Of a stretch of DNA of 64,000 bases, positions 38,040 through 50,728 are shown one piece after another. Below the pieces are notes generated by a model. That model made no database searches, was not told the DNA's origin, and worked only from the letters and a program-made list of their open reading frames with translations. Position 1 is the first letter of the stretch. Every line of letters begins with the position of its first letter. Made by a program: the position numbers and the translations under genes. The stretch spans positions 516,075 through 580,074 of the forward strand of contig JADYYY010000010.1 in the NCBI GenBank assembly GCA_020853395.1. Reading direction: 5' to 3'. Source of the DNA: Acidobacteriota bacterium (lineage in GTDB: Bacteria; Acidobacteriota; Vicinamibacteria; Vicinamibacterales; SCN-69-37).

Positions 38040-38489
38040 CTACGACGGGATGACCACCGCCGCGCCGCCGGCCGCCGCGATCTTGCCGGCCGCCGAGCCG
38101 CTGAACTTGTGCGCCTTGACGGTCAGCGGCTTCGCGATCTCGCCTCGGCCCAGCACCTTGATCGGGCCCGACGCATCGCGCACGACGCCCCGCTCGCGCA
38201 GGATCTCCGGCGTGACCGAAGCCCCCGACTCGAAGATCTGCTCCAGCGTATCGAGGTTCACCACGTGGTACTCCACGCGGAACGGGTTGGTGAACCCGCG
38301 CTTCGGCAGCCGGCGGTGCAGCGGCGTCTGGCCGCCCTCGAACCCGCGCTTGAACCGGTACCCCGATCGCGACTTGGCGCCCTTCGCGCCGCGCGACGCG
38401 GTCTTGCCGTGACCCGAGCCGGGCCCGCGCCCGACGCGCTTCCGTGGATGCTTGGCGCCCTTCGGCGGGCGCAGATTGTTCAGCGACAT
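38040..38489 (-). CDS. rplO: 50S ribosomal protein L15
   Basis: [34 protein letters not shown]. Confidence 0.95.
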   Translation of the reverse strand: MSLNNLRPPKGAKHPRKRVGRGPGSGHGKTASRGAKGAKSRSGYRFKRGFEGGQTPLHRRLPKRGFTNPFRVEYHVVNLDTLEQIFESGASVTPEILRERGVVRDASGPIKVLGRGEIAKPLTVKAHKFSGSAAGKIAAAGGAAVVIPS

Positions 38490-38492
38490 GGG

Positions 38493-38678
38493 TTACTCCT
38501 CGACGCTCACCAGGTGCCGCACCTGAAGGATCAGGCCGCGCGTGGCCTTCGTGTCCTCGACCTCGACCGTCTGACGGATGCGCCGCAGACCGAGGCTCCG
38601 CAGCGCGGTCTTCTGCTTCTTGTCGAACCCGATGCCGCTGCGCAACTGGGTCACTCTGAGCTTCTTGTTCGCCGTCAT
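38493..38678 (-). CDS. rpmD: 50S ribosomal protein L30
   Basis: [33 protein letters not shown]. Confidence 0.93.
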   Translation of the reverse strand: MTANKKLRVTQLRSGIGFDKKQKTALRSLGLRRIRQTVEVEDTKATRGLILQVRHLVSVEE

Positions 38679-38686
38679 GCCCGCCT

Positions 38687-39217
38687 CTACCGCGCCGCCG
38701 CGCCCGCGCCGACGAGCTCGTCGACGTCCTTGCCCCGCAACCGCGCGACCGACGACGGATCGCGAAGGTCCGTCAGCGCCGCGAAGGTGGCGCGCACGAC
38801 GTTGTGGCCGTTCGCCGACCCGAGCGACTTCGTCAGCACGTTGTGGATGCCGGCCGACTCGACGACCGCCCGGACCGCCCCGCCCGCGATGATGCCGGTG
38901 CCGTCCGGCGCCGGCTTGAGCAGCACGCTGCCGGCCCCGAACCGGCCGAGCACCGGGTGCGGGATGGTCGACCCGGCCATCGGCACGCGAATGAGCGACT
39001 TCTTCGCCGACTCGATCGCCTTCTTGATCGCAGACGGCACTTCCTTCGCCTTGCCGATCCCGAACCCGACCACGCCGTGGCCGTCGCCGACGACCACGAG
39101 CGCGCTGAAGCTCAGGTTCTTGCCGCCCTTGACGACCTTCGTCACCCGGCTGATGGACACGACCGTGTCCTTGAGTTCGAGCTCCGACGGATCGATCTTC
39201 TCGCGAGACTGCGCCAT
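38687..39217 (-). CDS. rpsE: 30S ribosomal protein S5
   Basis: [42 protein letters not shown]. Confidence 0.95.
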   Translation of the reverse strand: MAQSREKIDPSELELKDTVVSISRVTKVVKGGKNLSFSALVVVGDGHGVVGFGIGKAKEVPSAIKKAIESAKKSLIRVPMAGSTIPHPVLGRFGAGSVLLKPAPDGTGIIAGGAVRAVVESAGIHNVLTKSLGSANGHNVVRATFAALTDLRDPSSVARLRGKDVDELVGAGAAAR

Positions 39218-39234
39218 GAAATCCTCTCAGTGCC

Positions 39235-39609
39235 TCAGAACTCGAGCCCGGCCTTGCGCGCGGCCTCGGCCACGGCCTGGATCCGCCCGTGATACAGGTT
39301 CCCGCCGCGGTCGAACACGACGCGCGTGATGCCTTTGGCCTTCAGCCGCTCCGAGATCACGCGGCCGATGGCCTCGGCGCCGGCCTTGTTGCCGCCCCGC
39401 ACGTCGCCAGAAAACACGCTCTTCAGCGACGGCTCGATGCTCGACGCCGAGGCGATCGTGTGCCCCGCGAGATCGTCGACCACCTGGGCGTAGATGTGGC
39501 TGGCCGATCGGAACACCGCCAAACGCGGCCGCTCCGCCGTACCGTGAATCCGCTTCCGCTGCCGCAGCCGGATGCGTTCCCGCCGATCCTTCTTCGTCCG
39601 AATCTTCAT
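39235..39609 (-). CDS. rplR: 50S ribosomal protein L18
   Basis: [34 protein letters not shown] ... [20 protein letters not shown]. Confidence 0.95.
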   Translation of the reverse strand: MKIRTKKDRRERIRLRQRKRIHGTAERPRLAVFRSASHIYAQVVDDLAGHTIASASSIEPSLKSVFSGDVRGGNKAGAEAIGRVISERLKAKGITRVVFDRGGNLYHGRIQAVAEAARKAGLEF

Positions 39610-39616
39610 GGCGTCC

Positions 39617-40153
39617 CTAGGCTCCCGTCTTGCCGACCTTCTTCTTCAGCACTTCGCCGGTGTAGCGCACGCCCTTCTGCTTGTACGGATCGGGCTTGCG
39701 CAGACGCCGGATGTCGGCGGCGACCTGCCCGACGAGCTGCCGATCGATGCCCGTCACGGTCACGTGCGTCTGCTTGTCGATCGTCACGTCGATGCCGGGC
39801 GGGATGTCGAACACCACCGGGTGCGAATAGCCCAGCGCGAAGACGACCTGCTTGCCCTTCACCTCGGCGCGATAGCCGACGCCCACGATGTCGAGCTCCT
39901 TCTTGAAGCCGTCGGTCACGCCGGCCACCGCGTTGGCGACCAGGCTGCGCGCCAGCCCGAAGTACTTCTTCAGCGCCGGGTCCTCGCGAACCATGTCGGC
40001 GCGCAGCTCGGCGCCGCTCTGCGAGAACGAGACGCCCGGCGGAAGGCGCTGCGTCAACGCGCCCTTCGGCCCCTTCACTTCCACGGCATCCGAATGCACC
40101 GTCACCGTGACGCCCTTCGGCACCGGGATGGGTTTTCTGCCAATTCGAGACAT
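39617..40153 (-). CDS. rplF: 50S ribosomal protein L6
   Basis: [19 protein letters not shown] ... [13 protein letters not shown]. Confidence 0.95.
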   Translation of the reverse strand: MSRIGRKPIPVPKGVTVTVHSDAVEVKGPKGALTQRLPPGVSFSQSGAELRADMVREDPALKKYFGLARSLVANAVAGVTDGFKKELDIVGVGYRAEVKGKQVVFALGYSHPVVFDIPPGIDVTIDKQTHVTVTGIDRQLVGQVAADIRRLRKPDPYKQKGVRYTGEVLKKKVGKTGA

Positions 40154-40221
40154 CTGCGATCCTTCTCAGGCTCTCAGGCCCAGGCGCCGGGCGCGCGGCC
40201 CGTCCGCCCCGGCCACGAGCC

Positions 40222-40620
40222 CTACCACACGTTGCAGAGCACCTCGCCGCCCACGCCGACGCGCTCGGCGTCGCGGCCCGTCATCACGCCGCGGGACGTC
40301 GTCAGGATGCTCGTCCCCAGGCCGCCCATCACCTTCGGCACCTCGTCACGTCCGAGGTACACCCGCCGGCCCGGCCGGCTCACGCGCTCGAGGCCCGAGA
40401 TCACGTTCTCGCCGCGCGGCCCGTACTTGAGCGTGATCCGGAGCGACGGACGCACCGCGTCCTCGGCCTCCACCACCTTCACGGCCGCCACGTAGCCTTC
40501 CTGCTCGAGGATCCGGGCGATATCCGCCTTCAGGCGCGACGCCGGGATGTCGACGCGCGGATGCCGCGCGTGCACCGCGTTGCGGATTCTCGTGATCATG
40601 TCTGCGATCGGATCAGTCAT
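40222..40620 (-). CDS. rpsH: 30S ribosomal protein S8
   Basis: MTDPIADMITRIRNA ... GGEVLCNVW. Confidence 0.95.
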   Translation of the reverse strand: MTDPIADMITRIRNAVHARHPRVDIPASRLKADIARILEQEGYVAAVKVVEAEDAVRPSLRITLKYGPRGENVISGLERVSRPGRRVYLGRDEVPKVMGGLGTSILTTSRGVMTGRDAERVGVGGEVLCNVW

Positions 40621-40689
40621 TGGTACCTTCTCGATTGCGTGCCGACGACGCCTGCGCTCTTCCGGTCCGCGCCGGGCGAACCGGCTCTG

Positions 40690-40878
40690 CTACCAGCTGC
40701 TCTTGATGACGCCCGCGACCTCGCCCCTCAGCGCGAGCTCGCGGAAGCACAACCGGCACAGCGCGAACTTGCGCATGTAGGCGCGCGGCCGGCCGCACTT
40801 GCCGCACCGGTTCCGGTGCCGGATGCCGTACTTGGCCGACTTCTTCAGGTCCTTGACGCTCTTCGCAATCGTCGCCAT
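40690..40878 (-). CDS. rpsN: 30S ribosomal protein S14, short zinc-binding (type Z) form
   Basis: 61-aa product with [20 protein letters not shown] (CxxC...CxxC). Confidence 0.93.
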   Translation of the reverse strand: MATIAKSVKDLKKSAKYGIRHRNRCGKCGRPRAYMRKFALCRLCFRELALRGEVAGVIKSSW

Positions 40879-40950
40879 CGTGTCTCAGTCCTCTCGTGCC
40901 GGCGGATCCTCCGGCGGGCCGCGGCCCTCCAGGCCGCGCCGACAATGCCG

Positions 40951-41493
40951 TCAGTTCTGCCGGAACGGCATGCCCATCAACTGGAGCAGCCGCCTCGCCT
41001 GTTCGTCGGTCGTCGCCGTCGTCACGACGGAGATGTTCATGCCGCGCGCCTTGTCCACCTTGAGATAGTCGATCTCGGGGAACATCAACTGGTCGCGCAG
41101 GCCCAGCGTGTAGTTGCCGCGGCCGTCGAACCCGCGCGCCGACACGCCCCGGAAGTCGCGCACGCGGGGCAGCGCGATCGCAATCAGCCGGTCCAGGAAC
41201 TCGTACATCCGGTCGCCCCGCAGCGTGACCATCGCGCCGATCGGCATGTTCTTGCGGACCTTGAACTGGGCGACCGACTTGGTCGCGCGACGAATCGACG
41301 CGCGCTGGCCGGTGATCTTCGCCAGCTCGTCCGCTCCGGCGTCGACGATCTTCGCGTTCTGCGTCCCTTCGCCGAGCCCCATGTTGATCACGATCTTCGT
41401 GATCTTGGGCACGGCCATCACGTTGGCGAAGCCGAACTCCTTGCGGAGCGCCGGCTGCACCTCGTTCACGTAGCGCGATCTCAGGCGGGTCAT
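40951..41493 (-). CDS. rplE: 50S ribosomal protein L5
   Basis: ATG at 41493 (ATGA overlap with the rplX stop). [39 protein letters not shown]. Confidence 0.95.
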   Translation of the reverse strand: MTRLRSRYVNEVQPALRKEFGFANVMAVPKITKIVINMGLGEGTQNAKIVDAGADELAKITGQRASIRRATKSVAQFKVRKNMPIGAMVTLRGDRMYEFLDRLIAIALPRVRDFRGVSARGFDGRGNYTLGLRDQLMFPEIDYLKVDKARGMNISVVTTATTDEQARRLLQLMGMPFRQN

Positions 41494-41822
41494 TTGTCCA
41501 CGACTCCGTTGCACTTCACGCAGTACCGCACGCGCCGGCCGTCCTCGAGCTGCCGCCGGCCCACGCGCGTCTTCGCCCCGCACTCCGGGCAGACGAGCTG
41601 CACGTTGGACGCGTGCAGGGCGGCTTCGCGCTCGACGATCCCGCCCTTGATGTTGCGCTGCGGGTTCGGCCGCGTGTGCCGCTTGATCATGTTCACGCCC
41701 TCGACCACGACGCGGCCCTTGTCCGCGATCACGCGCAGCACGCGGCCGCGCTTGCCGGCGTCCCGGCCCGTGATGACGACGACGTTGTCGTTCTTCTTCA
41801 GCGCTCCAGCCGGTCGCCCCAT
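41490..41822 (-). CDS. rplX: 50S ribosomal protein L24
   Basis: [24 protein letters not shown] (KOW motif). Confidence 0.95.
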   Translation of the reverse strand: MGRPAGALKKNDNVVVITGRDAGKRGRVLRVIADKGRVVVEGVNMIKRHTRPNPQRNIKGGIVEREAALHASNVQLVCPECGAKTRVGRRQLEDGRRVRYCVKCNGVVDK

Positions 41823-41824
41823 GC

Positions 41825-42193
41825 CTACAGCACCTCCGGCGCGAGCGAGATGATCTTCATGAACCGGCGCTCGCGCAGCTCGCGGGCCACCGGCCCGAAC
41901 ACGCGCGTCCCGATGGGCTCGCCATCGTTGTTGATCAGCACCGCGGCGTTCCGATCGAACCGGATGTACGAGCCGTCCTTCCGGCGCAGCTCCTTCCGGG
42001 TGCGGACGATCACCGCCTTGACTACCTGGCCCTTCTTCACGGTCGCATCCGGCGTCGCTTCCTTGACCGACGCCGTCACGATGTCGCCGATCCGCGCGTA
42101 GCGGCCGGTCGATCCGCCGATCGGGTTGATCACCGCGATCTTGCGCGCGCCGGAATTGTCCGCGACGTCGAGAATCGATCGCATCTGCACCAT
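41825..42193 (-). CDS. rplN: 50S ribosomal protein L14
   Basis: [27 protein letters not shown]. Confidence 0.95.
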   Translation of the reverse strand: MVQMRSILDVADNSGARKIAVINPIGGSTGRYARIGDIVTASVKEATPDATVKKGQVVKAVIVRTRKELRRKDGSYIRFDRNAAVLINNDGEPIGTRVFGPVARELRERRFMKIISLAPEVL

Positions 42194-42195
42194 GG

Positions 42196-42450
42196 CTAAA
42201 TCTCCTTCGCCCGCTCGACGATGCGCGTCACGACCCAGCGCTTGCGGCGCGAGAGCGGCCGGGAGGGCACGAGCGCCACGCGGTCACCCACCTTCGCCGT
42301 GCTCTCCTCGTCGTGGGCCATGAAGCGCGAGGTCAGCCGCTGCCGCTTGCCGTACGTGTCGTGCCGCACCTGCCGCTCGACCGTGACCACCACGCTCTTG
42401 GCCATCTTGTTGCTGACGACCGTGCCGACAATTTCCGCCTTTGCCATCAC
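42196..42450 (-). CDS. rpsQ: 30S ribosomal protein S17
   Basis: [32 protein letters not shown] at 42450 or ATG at 42447. Confidence 0.94.
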   Translation of the reverse strand: MMAKAEIVGTVVSNKMAKSVVVTVERQVRHDTYGKRQRLTSRFMAHDEESTAKVGDRVALVPSRPLSRRKRWVVTRIVERAKEI

Positions 42451-42656
42451 GCTTCTCCGACGCCCTTCTCCCGAAGGATCGTCCGGACCCGCGCCGATTC
42501 ACGGCGCAGCGGCCGGATCTTGTGGCCGGCCTCCGACTGCCCCATCGCCTTCTGCAGCCGCAGCCGGAAGATCTTCTCGTCCAGATCGCGGGCCCGCTGG
42601 CGGAGGTCCTCCTCCGGCAGCCCGCGCAGCTCCGTCAACAGATCGGTCACCTTCAT
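42447..42656 (-). CDS. rpmC: 50S ribosomal protein L29
   Basis: ATG at 42656 (ATGA overlap with the rplP stop). [35 protein letters not shown]. Confidence 0.93.
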   Translation of the reverse strand: MKVTDLLTELRGLPEEDLRQRARDLDEKIFRLRLQKAMGQSEAGHKIRPLRRESARVRTILREKGVGEA

Positions 42657-43078
42657 GACGCCTGCTCCTGCCCGAACCGCGTCGCAAACCGCGTCTTCAT
42701 CGGCAGCTTGGCCTGCGCGAGCCGCATCGCGTCGCGGGCCTCGCCCACCGACACGCCTTCCATCTCGAACAGCACCCGGCCCGGCTTGACGACGGCCACC
42801 CACGCCTCGGGCGCGCCCTTGCCCTTGCCCATGCGCGTCTCCTGCGGCTTCTTGGTGATTGGCTTGTCCGGAAACACGCGGATCCAGATCTTGCCGCCGC
42901 GCTTGATTCCGCGCGCGAGCGCGACGCGCGCCGCCTCGATCTGCCGATCGGTCAGCCAGCACGGCTCGAGCGACACGAGCGCGTAGTCGCCGAACGACAG
43001 CGTGGACCCGCGCCAGGCCAGGCCGCGCATCCGGCCCCGCTGCTGCTTGCGGTACTTGACCTTCTTGGGCATCAACAT
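42653..43078 (-). CDS. rplP: 50S ribosomal protein L16
   Basis: [19 protein letters not shown]. Confidence 0.95.
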   Translation of the reverse strand: MLMPKKVKYRKQQRGRMRGLAWRGSTLSFGDYALVSLEPCWLTDRQIEAARVALARGIKRGGKIWIRVFPDKPITKKPQETRMGKGKGAPEAWVAVVKPGRVLFEMEGVSVGEARDAMRLAQAKLPMKTRFATRFGQEQAS

Positions 43079-43091
43079 CGCGATACCTCTC

Positions 43092-43772
43092 CTACCCTCT
43101 CGCCGCGCGCCTTGGCTGCCGGTACTCTTCCTCGCGCCCGGTCCTCGGCGACAGCCGCTCGCCCTTGTAGAGCCACACCTTGACGCCGATCGCGCCGTAG
43201 GTGGTGTAGGCCTCCGCGAAGCCGTAGTCGATGTCCGCCCGGAGCGTCTGGAGCGGCAACTGCCCGTGCAGATACCACTCGGACCGCGCGATCTCGGCGC
43301 CGTTCAGCCGCCCAGACACGCGCACCTTGATGCCGCGCGCGCCGAACCGGAGCGCCGACTCGACCGCCTTCCGCATCGCACGGCGGAACGCGACGCGCTT
43401 CTCGAGTTGCATCGCCACGGACTCGGCGATGAGCTGCGCATCGAGCTCGGGCTTCTGGATCTCGAGGATGTTGATGAACACCTCGCGGCCGGTCGTCTTG
43501 TGCAGCTCCTGCCGGAGCTTGTCCACCTCGGTGCCCTTGCGTCCGATGATGATGCCGGGCCGCGACGTGTGGATGTCGACCTTGAGCTTGTTGGCCGCCC
43601 GCTCGATGTCGATGCGCGCGACGCCCGCGTGCGCGAAGCGCGACTTCAGCTCGCCGCGCAGCTTCAGGTCTTCGTGCAGCAGCTTCGCGTAGTCCTTGTC
43701 CGCGTACCACCGCGACCGCCACGTCTTGTTGAACCCCAGCCGGAAGCCGTAGGGATGAACCTTCTGCCCCAT
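43092..43772 (-). CDS. rpsC: 30S ribosomal protein S3
   Basis: [24 protein letters not shown]. Confidence 0.95.
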   Translation of the reverse strand: MGQKVHPYGFRLGFNKTWRSRWYADKDYAKLLHEDLKLRGELKSRFAHAGVARIDIERAANKLKVDIHTSRPGIIIGRKGTEVDKLRQELHKTTGREVFINILEIQKPELDAQLIAESVAMQLEKRVAFRRAMRKAVESALRFGARGIKVRVSGRLNGAEIARSEWYLHGQLPLQTLRADIDYGFAEAYTTYGAIGVKVWLYKGERLSPRTGREEEYRQPRRAARG

Positions 43773-43812
43773 ACTTCACCAGTCCTCAGTCGCCCGTGTC
43801 GTCCGCCGACCC

Positions 43813-44238
43813 TCAGGCGTTCGTGTGATCCGACGTGCCGCCGGCCTTCGCCCGGCTCCCGCGCGCGCCGCGCACCGGGCTCGCCGCCCGCGCCGGCCGC
43901 TCCGCCACCTCGACGGTCAGGTGCGTCATCCGCTTGACGATCCGGAACGCACGGCCCATGGGCGCCGGCCGCGTCCGCTTCATGCTCGGCCCCTGACCCG
44001 CCCAGCAACGCGCCACGTAGAGCCGGTCGACGTCGCCGCCGAACCCGTCCTTCTGCTGCACGTTCGCGATCGCGGATCGCAGCGTCTTCTCGATGTCGCG
44101 CGCCACGAGCTTGCGCGAGAAGCGCAGCGTCGCGAGCGCCTTGCCGACGTCCGCGCCGCGGATGAGCGCCAGCACGAGCCCGGCCTTCTGCGCCGAGCTC
44201 CGGATGTACCGCGACGTCGCCTGCGCCGCGGCCATCAC
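43813..44238 (-). CDS. rplV: 50S ribosomal protein L22
   Basis: [27 protein letters not shown] at 44238 or ATG at 44235. Confidence 0.94.
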   Translation of the reverse strand: MMAAAQATSRYIRSSAQKAGLVLALIRGADVGKALATLRFSRKLVARDIEKTLRSAIANVQQKDGFGGDVDRLYVARCWAGQGPSMKRTRPAPMGRAFRIVKRMTHLTVEVAERPARAASPVRGARGSRAKAGGTSDHTNA

Positions 44239-44558
44239 GCGCCTCCCCTTCCGCCGGCGGGAGACGCGCCCGCCGCCGCGACCTGCGCGGCCTTCTCGGC
44301 CTTCGTCGTGTGGCCCTTGAAGAAGCGCGTCGGCGCGAACTCGCCCAGCCGGTGACCCACCATGTTCTCGGTGATGTAGACCGGGATGAACTTCTTGCCG
44401 TTGTGCACGGCGATCGTGTGGCCCACCATTTCTGGCGTGACGGTCGACCGCCGCGACCAGGTCTTGATGACCTTGCGGTCGCTCTCGCGGTTCATCGCCT
44501 CGACCTTCTCGAGCAGGTGAAGATCGATGAACGGCCCTTTCTTGAGTGATCTGCCCAT
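44235..44558 (-). CDS. rpsS: 30S ribosomal protein S19
   Basis: ATG at 44558. [20 protein letters not shown] ... [16 protein letters not shown]. Confidence 0.95.
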   Translation of the reverse strand: MGRSLKKGPFIDLHLLEKVEAMNRESDRKVIKTWSRRSTVTPEMVGHTIAVHNGKKFIPVYITENMVGHRLGEFAPTRFFKGHTTKAEKAAQVAAAGASPAGGRGGA

Positions 44559-44587
44559 AACGCTCTCGCTCTCGTCCCTGTCGCCGT

Positions 44588-45412
44588 CTACTTCTTCCGA
44601 CGCGCCACGATGAAGCGGTCGCTGCGCTTGTTGCGCCGCGTCTTGTAGCCCTTGGTCGGCACGCCCCACGGCGTGACCGGATGCCGGCCGCCCGAGGTCT
44701 TGCCTTCGCCGCCGCCCAGCGGATGGTCGACCGGGTTCATCGCGACGCCGCGCACGTGCGGCCGCCGGCCGAGCCAGCGGCTCCGGCCGGCCTTGCCGAT
44801 CGAGACGTTCTCGTGATCCAGGTTGCCCACCTGGCCCACCGTCGCCAGGCACTCGACGCTGATGAGCCGGATCTCGCCCGACGGCATCTTCACGGAGGCG
44901 TAGTCGCCTTCCTTGGCGACCAACTGCACGGCCGCGCCCGCCGACCTCGCGATCTGACCGCCCTTGCCCTGCTTGAGCTCGACGTTGTGAATCATCGTCC
45001 CAAGCGGGATCGCCCTCAGCGGCAGGCAGTTGCCCGGCAGGATGTCGACGGTCTCACCGGACATCACCGGATCGCCGACCTTCAAGCCAAGCGGGTGCAG
45101 GATGTAGCGCTTCTCACCGTCCGCGTACGTGATGAGCGCGATGCGCGAGGACCGGTTCGGGTCGTACTCGATCGTCGAGACCTTCCCCGGGATGTTGAAC
45201 TTGTCGCGCTTGAAGTCGATCACGCGATAGTTCCGCTTGTGTCCGCCGCCGCGCCACCAGGCCGTCAGCTCGCCGCGGTTGTTGCGGCCGCCCGATCGGT
45301 GGAGCTTCTCGACGAGCGGCTTGTGCGGCTCGCTCGCCGTGATGTCGTCGAAGGTCTGCACGGTCTGGAACCGGCGACCGGCGGAGGTCGGTCGATACGT
45401 GCGAATCGGCAT
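44588..45412 (-). CDS. rplB: 50S ribosomal protein L2
   Basis: [18 protein letters not shown] ... [29 protein letters not shown]. Confidence 0.95.
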   Translation of the reverse strand: MPIRTYRPTSAGRRFQTVQTFDDITASEPHKPLVEKLHRSGGRNNRGELTAWWRGGGHKRNYRVIDFKRDKFNIPGKVSTIEYDPNRSSRIALITYADGEKRYILHPLGLKVGDPVMSGETVDILPGNCLPLRAIPLGTMIHNVELKQGKGGQIARSAGAAVQLVAKEGDYASVKMPSGEIRLISVECLATVGQVGNLDHENVSIGKAGRSRWLGRRPHVRGVAMNPVDHPLGGGEGKTSGGRHPVTPWGVPTKGYKTRRNKRSDRFIVARRKK

Positions 45413-45414
45413 GA

Positions 45415-45705
45415 TCAGGCCCCCTCCAGGAACTCCGGCAGCTTCTCGCCCGGCTTGAAGCGGACCCAGGCCTTCTTCCAGTCGGGCCGCTGGCCGACGA
45501 ACCGCCCCTGACGCTTGAACTTTCCGTGCGCGATCCCGGTCCGAACCGACGCGACCTTCGCGCCGAACAGCTTCTCGACCGCGCGCTTCACGTCGATCTT
45601 CGTGGCGTCGCGCGCCACCTCGAACACCGCGACGGCGGCCGTCTCGCGGGCGATCGTCGTCTTCTCGGTGACGAGCGGCCGGCGGATGACGTCGGTGAGC
45701 TTCAT
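45415..45705 (-). CDS. rplW: 50S ribosomal protein L23
   Basis: [16 protein letters not shown] ... KKAWVRF. Confidence 0.94.
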   Translation of the reverse strand: MKLTDVIRRPLVTEKTTIARETAAVAVFEVARDATKIDVKRAVEKLFGAKVASVRTGIAHGKFKRQGRFVGQRPDWKKAWVRFKPGEKLPEFLEGA

Positions 45706-46322
45706 GCGAGCACCTCCTGCAGCCGCTCGAGCGCCGCGCGCGTCGCGATGATCCGGCGCGCGCCCACGACGTCGCGCGCCGTGAGACGGCCGCTCGCCAC
45801 GAGCGTGATGCCGGCGATGTTGCGCGCCGACCGGTTGAACTTGTCGTCGAGCTTCACGTCCACGACGAGCGTGCGCCCGCTCGCGCCGAGCCGGCGCAGC
45901 AGCTCGGCTGCGGCCTTGGTCTTGATCTCGGCGGCCTCGAGCGCGTCGACGACCGTGACGGCGCCTTCCTGCAACCGCGACGCCAGCGCCGCGCGCAGCG
46001 CCCCCCGCTCGACCTTCCGCGGGATCGCATACGCGTAGCTGCGCGGCTGCGGGCCGAACACCGTGCCCCCGTGCCGCCAGAGCGGCGTCCGCGTCGACCC
46101 GACCTGCGCGCGGCCCGTGCCCTTCTGACGATAGGGCTTCTTGCCGCTCCCGCTGACGAGCGCGCGGTTCTTCGTCATGTGGGTGCCGCGCCGCTCGGAC
46201 GCGTTCTGGTGCACCACCGACTCCCAGATGAGGTCGGTCTTGACGAGCCCCGCGAACACCGCGTCGTTCAGGTCGAGCGAGTCGATCTTCTGGTTCTGCG
46301 AGTTCACGACATCGAGTTTCAT
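45702..46322 (-). CDS. rplD: 50S ribosomal protein L4
   Basis: [36 protein letters not shown]. Confidence 0.95.
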   Translation of the reverse strand: MKLDVVNSQNQKIDSLDLNDAVFAGLVKTDLIWESVVHQNASERRGTHMTKNRALVSGSGKKPYRQKGTGRAQVGSTRTPLWRHGGTVFGPQPRSYAYAIPRKVERGALRAALASRLQEGAVTVVDALEAAEIKTKAAAELLRRLGASGRTLVVDVKLDDKFNRSARNIAGITLVASGRLTARDVVGARRIIATRAALERLQEVLA

Positions 46323-46332
46323 GACGCAGTCC

Positions 46333-47010
46333 CTACTTCTTGCCCTTCTTCTTGACGACCTGCACCTGCGGCTCCGGCTTCGCCGCGACCGCCCGCCGCA
46401 CCACCACCACGCCGCCGGGCGCGCCCGGCACGGCGCCGCGCAGCACGAGCAGATGGCGCTCGACGTCCACGCCGACGACCTTCAGGTTGCGCGTCGTCAC
46501 GCGCCCGCCGCCCATCCGGCCGGCCGCGCGCATGCCCTTCACGACGCGCGACGGAAACGACGATGCGCCGATCGACCCGGGCGCCCGGTGGAACATCGAG
46601 CCGTGCGTCGCCGCGCCACCGGCGAAGTGATGCCGCTTCATGACCCCCTGGAACCCCTTGCCGCGGCTGGCGGCGACGACGTCCACGCGGTCGCCGGCGT
46701 TGAACATGTTCACGAGCACCTGATCGCCGGGCTTGGGCGCCTCAGCGCCCTTGACCACCTTCATCTCCCGCCGCAGAGCGGTCGGCGGCACGTTCGCGCG
46801 CTTGTGATGTCCGACCGTCGCCTTGTTCGCCTTCGCCGGCCGCTCGTCCACGAGGCCGAGTTGCACGGCCTCGTAGCCGTCCGTCTGCGCCGTCTTGGCC
46901 TGCACGACGACGCACGGCCCGGCCTTGATGACGGTCGCCGGCACGACGGTCCCGTCCGTCTCGAAGACCTGGGTCATCCCCACCTTGCGACCGATGATTC
47001 CGCTGACCAT
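46333..47010 (-). CDS. rplC: 50S ribosomal protein L3
   Basis: [16 protein letters not shown]. The ATG at 47010 lies 6 nt after GAGGGG; the GTG at 47013 is an alternative. Confidence 0.95.
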   Translation of the reverse strand: MVSGIIGRKVGMTQVFETDGTVVPATVIKAGPCVVVQAKTAQTDGYEAVQLGLVDERPAKANKATVGHHKRANVPPTALRREMKVVKGAEAPKPGDQVLVNMFNAGDRVDVVAASRGKGFQGVMKRHHFAGGAATHGSMFHRAPGSIGASSFPSRVVKGMRAAGRMGGGRVTTRNLKVVGVDVERHLLVLRGAVPGAPGGVVVVRRAVAAKPEPQVQVVKKKGKK

Positions 47011-47071
47011 CACTCACCCCTCACAAACGCCGGGGCGGCACCGCGTGCACGCCCCGGGCGCTTCGTCGCGC

Positions 47072-47407
<336 letters not shown>

Positions 47408-47410
47408 GGG

Positions 47411-49516
47411 CTATTTCCCCTGCACCTTCGCAATGACTTCTTCACTGACCGACCCCGGCGCCTGTTCGTAGCGGTCGAAGTGCATCGAATAGGCGCCCCG
47501 TCCCTGCGTCCGGGACCGGAGGTCGGTCGCATAGCCGAACATCTCGGACAGCGGCACGCGCGCGTTGATGACCTGCGAACCGCCGCGCGCCTCCATCGAC
47601 TGCAGATGGCCGCGCCGGCTGGTGATGTCGCCGATCACGTCGCCCATGTACTCCTCGGGGACGACGACCTCCACCCGCATCACCGGCTCGAGCAGCACGG
47701 GATGGGCCTTCTTCGCCGCGTCCTTGAAGGCCATCGACCCGGCGATCTTGAACGCCATCTCGCTCGAGTCGACGTCGTGGAACGAGCCGTCGTACAGCTC
47801 GATCTTCACGTCGTCCATCGGGTACCCGGCGAGCACGCCCGTTGTCATCGCCTCGCGGATCCCCATGTCGATCGGCTTGATGAACTCCCTGGGGATCGAG
47901 CCGCCGACGATCTGGTTGTCGAACTCGTAGCCCTCGCCGGGCTTGCGCGGCAACAGCCGGATCTTCGCGTGGCCGTACTGGCCCCGGCCGCCCGTCTGCT
48001 TGACGTACCGGCCCTCGCCCTCGGCGCCGCGGGTGATCGTCTCCTTGTAGGCGACCTGCGGCTTGCCGACCGTCGCCTCGACGCCGAACTCGCGCTTCAG
48101 CCGGTCGACGATGATCTCGAGGTGCAGCTCGCCCATCCCGCGGATCACGACCTGCCCCGTCTCGACGTCGGTGTTGACGCGGAACGTCGGGTCCTCGGCC
48201 ATCAGCTTGGCGAGGCCGAGACCGAGCTTCTCTTGATCGGCCTTGGTCTTCGGCTCGATCGCGAGCGAGATGACCGGCTCCGGGAAGTCCATCGCCTCGA
48301 GGATGACCGGCGTCTTCTCGTCGCAGACGGTGTCGCCCGTCGAGACGGACTTGAGGCCGACCGCCGCGGCGATGTCGCCCGCGTAGACCTCCTTGATCTC
48401 TTCCCGCTTGTTCGCGTGCATCTTCAGCAGCCGCCCGATCCGCTCGGACTTCTGCTTCGTCGCGTTGTAGACCGCCATGCCGGAGGTCATGACGCCCGAG
48501 TACACGCGAATGAAGGTCAACTGCCCGACGAACGGGTCGGTCATGATCTTGAACGCCAGCGCGGAGAACGGCGCCTCGTCCTTCGCCGCGCGCTCGACGG
48601 TCGCGCCCTCGGCGCCGTTCGGATCGATCCCGGACACTGCCGGGATGTCCACCGGCGACGGCAGGAAGTCGACGACCGCGTCGAGCAGCGGCTGGACGCC
48701 CTTGTTCTTGAACGCCGACCCGCAGATGACCGGCACGAACGCCGCGTCTTCCGAGCGGACGGAGTCGACCGTGCGCTTGCGCAGCGCCGCCTTGATCTCG
48801 TCCTCGGTGACGTCCTGCCCGTGGAGGTACTTCTCGAGGATCCGATCGTCCACCTCGCTGACCTTCTCGATCAACTGCTCGCGGAACTCCTTCGCCTGGT
48901 CGACCATGTCGGCCGGGATCTCGCCGACGACGTAGGCGGCGCCCATGGCCTCGTCCTTCCACCGGATCGCCTTCATCTGGATGAGATCGACGACGCCGAC
49001 GAACTTGTCCTCGGTGCCGATGGGCAGGTGAATCGCGACCGGGTTGCCCTGGAGCTTCGTCTTGATTTGCTCGAACGTGCGCAGGAAGTTGGCGCCGATC
49101 CGGTCCATCTTGTTGACGAAGCAGATCCGCGGCACGCGGTACTTGTCGGCCTGGCGCCAGACCGTCTCGGACTGCGGTTCGACGCCGGCGACCGAGTCGA
49201 ACACCGCGACGGCGCCGTCCAGCACGCGCAGCGACCGCTCGACCTCGGCGGTGAAATCCACGTGGCCGGGCGTGTCGATGATGTTGATCCGGTGATCGCG
49301 CCACGTGCAGGTCGTCGCGGCCGACGTGATCGTGATCCCGCGCTCCTGCTCCTGCGCCATCCAGTCCATGACGGCGGTCCCTTCGTGCACCTCACCGATC
49401 TTGTAGGTGATGCCGGTGTAGAAGAGGATGCGCTCCGTGGTCGTCGTCTTGCCGGCATCGATGTGGGCCATGATGCCGATGTTCCGACAACGATTCAGGG
49501 GTACTTGGCGAGCCAT
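47411..49516 (-). CDS. fusA: Elongation factor G (canonical)
   Basis: [41 protein letters not shown]. Full five-domain length of 701 aa. Confidence 0.96.
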   Translation of the reverse strand: MARQVPLNRCRNIGIMAHIDAGKTTTTERILFYTGITYKIGEVHEGTAVMDWMAQEQERGITITSAATTCTWRDHRINIIDTPGHVDFTAEVERSLRVLDGAVAVFDSVAGVEPQSETVWRQADKYRVPRICFVNKMDRIGANFLRTFEQIKTKLQGNPVAIHLPIGTEDKFVGVVDLIQMKAIRWKDEAMGAAYVVGEIPADMVDQAKEFREQLIEKVSEVDDRILEKYLHGQDVTEDEIKAALRKRTVDSVRSEDAAFVPVICGSAFKNKGVQPLLDAVVDFLPSPVDIPAVSGIDPNGAEGATVERAAKDEAPFSALAFKIMTDPFVGQLTFIRVYSGVMTSGMAVYNATKQKSERIGRLLKMHANKREEIKEVYAGDIAAAVGLKSVSTGDTVCDEKTPVILEAMDFPEPVISLAIEPKTKADQEKLGLGLAKLMAEDPTFRVNTDVETGQVVIRGMGELHLEIIVDRLKREFGVEATVGKPQVAYKETITRGAEGEGRYVKQTGGRGQYGHAKIRLLPRKPGEGYEFDNQIVGGSIPREFIKPIDMGIREAMTTGVLAGYPMDDVKIELYDGSFHDVDSSEMAFKIAGSMAFKDAAKKAHPVLLEPVMRVEVVVPEEYMGDVIGDITSRRGHLQSMEARGGSQVINARVPLSEMFGYATDLRSRTQGRGAYSMHFDRYEQAPGSVSEEVIAKVQGK

Positions 49517-49568
49517 TGCAGCGTGTCCGATTCCTGGGCGCCGGCGTCAGGCCGTGGCGCCGCGTCCG

Positions 49569-50042
49569 TTACCAGCGATAGTGGGCGAACGCCTTGTTCG
49601 CCTCGGCCATGCGATGGGTGTCTTCCCGCTTCTTCACGGCCCCACCGCGGAGATTCGCCGCGTCGAGGAACTCGTTCGCGAGCTTCTCCTGCATCGTCTT
49701 GCCGTCGCCGCGCTCGCGCGCGTACGACGCCACCCAGCGAATCGCCAGCGACAGACGACGATTCGGGTTGACCTCGACCGGCACCTGATAGTTCGAGCCG
49801 CCGACGCGGCGCGACTTCACCTCGAGGCTCGGGCGCACGTTGTCGATGGCTTTCTTGAACACCTTGAGCGGATCGTCGGCCGACTTCTCCTTCACGATCT
49901 CGAGGGCCTGGTACATGATGCGTTCGGCCGTCGAACGCTTGCCGCCGCGCATGATCGTGCTGATGAACTTCGTCACGAGCGGGCTGCTGTAGATCGGGTC
50001 CGCCGGGACCTCGCGCTTCGGAATCTCTCGTCGTCGTGGCAT
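49569..50042 (-). CDS. rpsG: 30S ribosomal protein S7
   Basis: [40 protein letters not shown]. Confidence 0.95.
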   Translation of the reverse strand: MPRRREIPKREVPADPIYSSPLVTKFISTIMRGGKRSTAERIMYQALEIVKEKSADDPLKVFKKAIDNVRPSLEVKSRRVGGSNYQVPVEVNPNRRLSLAIRWVASYARERGDGKTMQEKLANEFLDAANLRGGAVKKREDTHRMAEANKAFAHYRW

Positions 50043-50051
50043 GACCGGTTC

Positions 50052-50426
50052 CTACTTCTTCGGGCGCTTGGCGCCGTATTTCGACCGCCCCTGCATGCGA
50101 CCCGCCACGCCCACCGCGTCGAGCGTGCCGCGCACGACGTGGTAGCGCACGCCCGGCAAATCCTTCACGCGGCCGCCCCGAATCAGGACCAGAGAGTGCT
50201 CCTGGAGGTTGTGGCCGACGCCGGGAATGTAGGTCGTCACCTCGATGCCGTTCGTCAGCCTCACACGCGCGACCTTGCGCAGCGCCGAGTTCGGCTTCTT
50301 CGGCGTCTGCGTGAAGACGCGCACGCAGACGCCGCGCTTCTGCGGACTGCTCTGCAGCGCCGGGCTCTTCGTCTTGCTCAGCACCTTCTCGCGCCCTTGG
50401 CGGACCAGTTGGCTAATCGTCGGCAC
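50052..50426 (-). CDS. rpsL: 30S ribosomal protein S12
   Basis: The GTG at 50426 (GGAG 6 nt upstream) gives (M)[14 protein letters not shown]...[19 protein letters not shown]. The ATG at 50453 in the track adds 9 atypical residues. Confidence 0.94.
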   Translation of the reverse strand: MPTISQLVRQGREKVLSKTKSPALQSSPQKRGVCVRVFTQTPKKPNSALRKVARVRLTNGIEVTTYIPGVGHNLQEHSLVLIRGGRVKDLPGVRYHVVRGTLDAVGVAGRMQGRSKYGAKRPKK

Positions 50427-50665
50427 TAGACACTCCACCCCGAAATGGGCCACCCACGCGCCGCCCGCGGCGCGCTTCCTTCGTCCCCGGCCTAAGAGGC
50501 ACCCCTCGGCGCCCGGGACTCTCCCCTATTGCTGCGAGTCAGCATGGCAGCGAGCCGTGCGACACCATCGGCGTCGCGTCGCTGCGCGGAAACAACCAGG
50601 AAGCTGAAGCGCTTCGACTGGAGCGAGCCTAGATAGGGTGTCCCAGGCTCGAAAATAACCTTGCG

Positions 50666-50694
50666 AGATTAGCACGGTGGTTCCGGCGCGTCAA
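50666..50694 (-). promoter_or_regulatory. Candidate sigma70-type promoter of the rpsL (str) operon
   Basis: The minus strand reads TTGACG (50694-50689), 17-nt spacer, TAATCT (50671-50666). This implies a leader of about 230 nt before the rpsL GTG. Confidence 0.45.
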
Positions 50695-50700
50695 GGAACC

Positions 50701-50728
50701 GGCGGCCGAGTCTTTGCTCCCGGCCGCC
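50701..50728 (-). terminator. GC hairpin just downstream of the last tandem paralog (possible terminator, no clear U-tract)
   Basis: GGCGGCCG (50701-50708) pairs with CGGCCGCC (50721-50728) around a 12-nt loop. It starts about 19 nt after the stop at 50747 and abuts the -35 of the rpsL promoter candidate. Confidence 0.35.
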
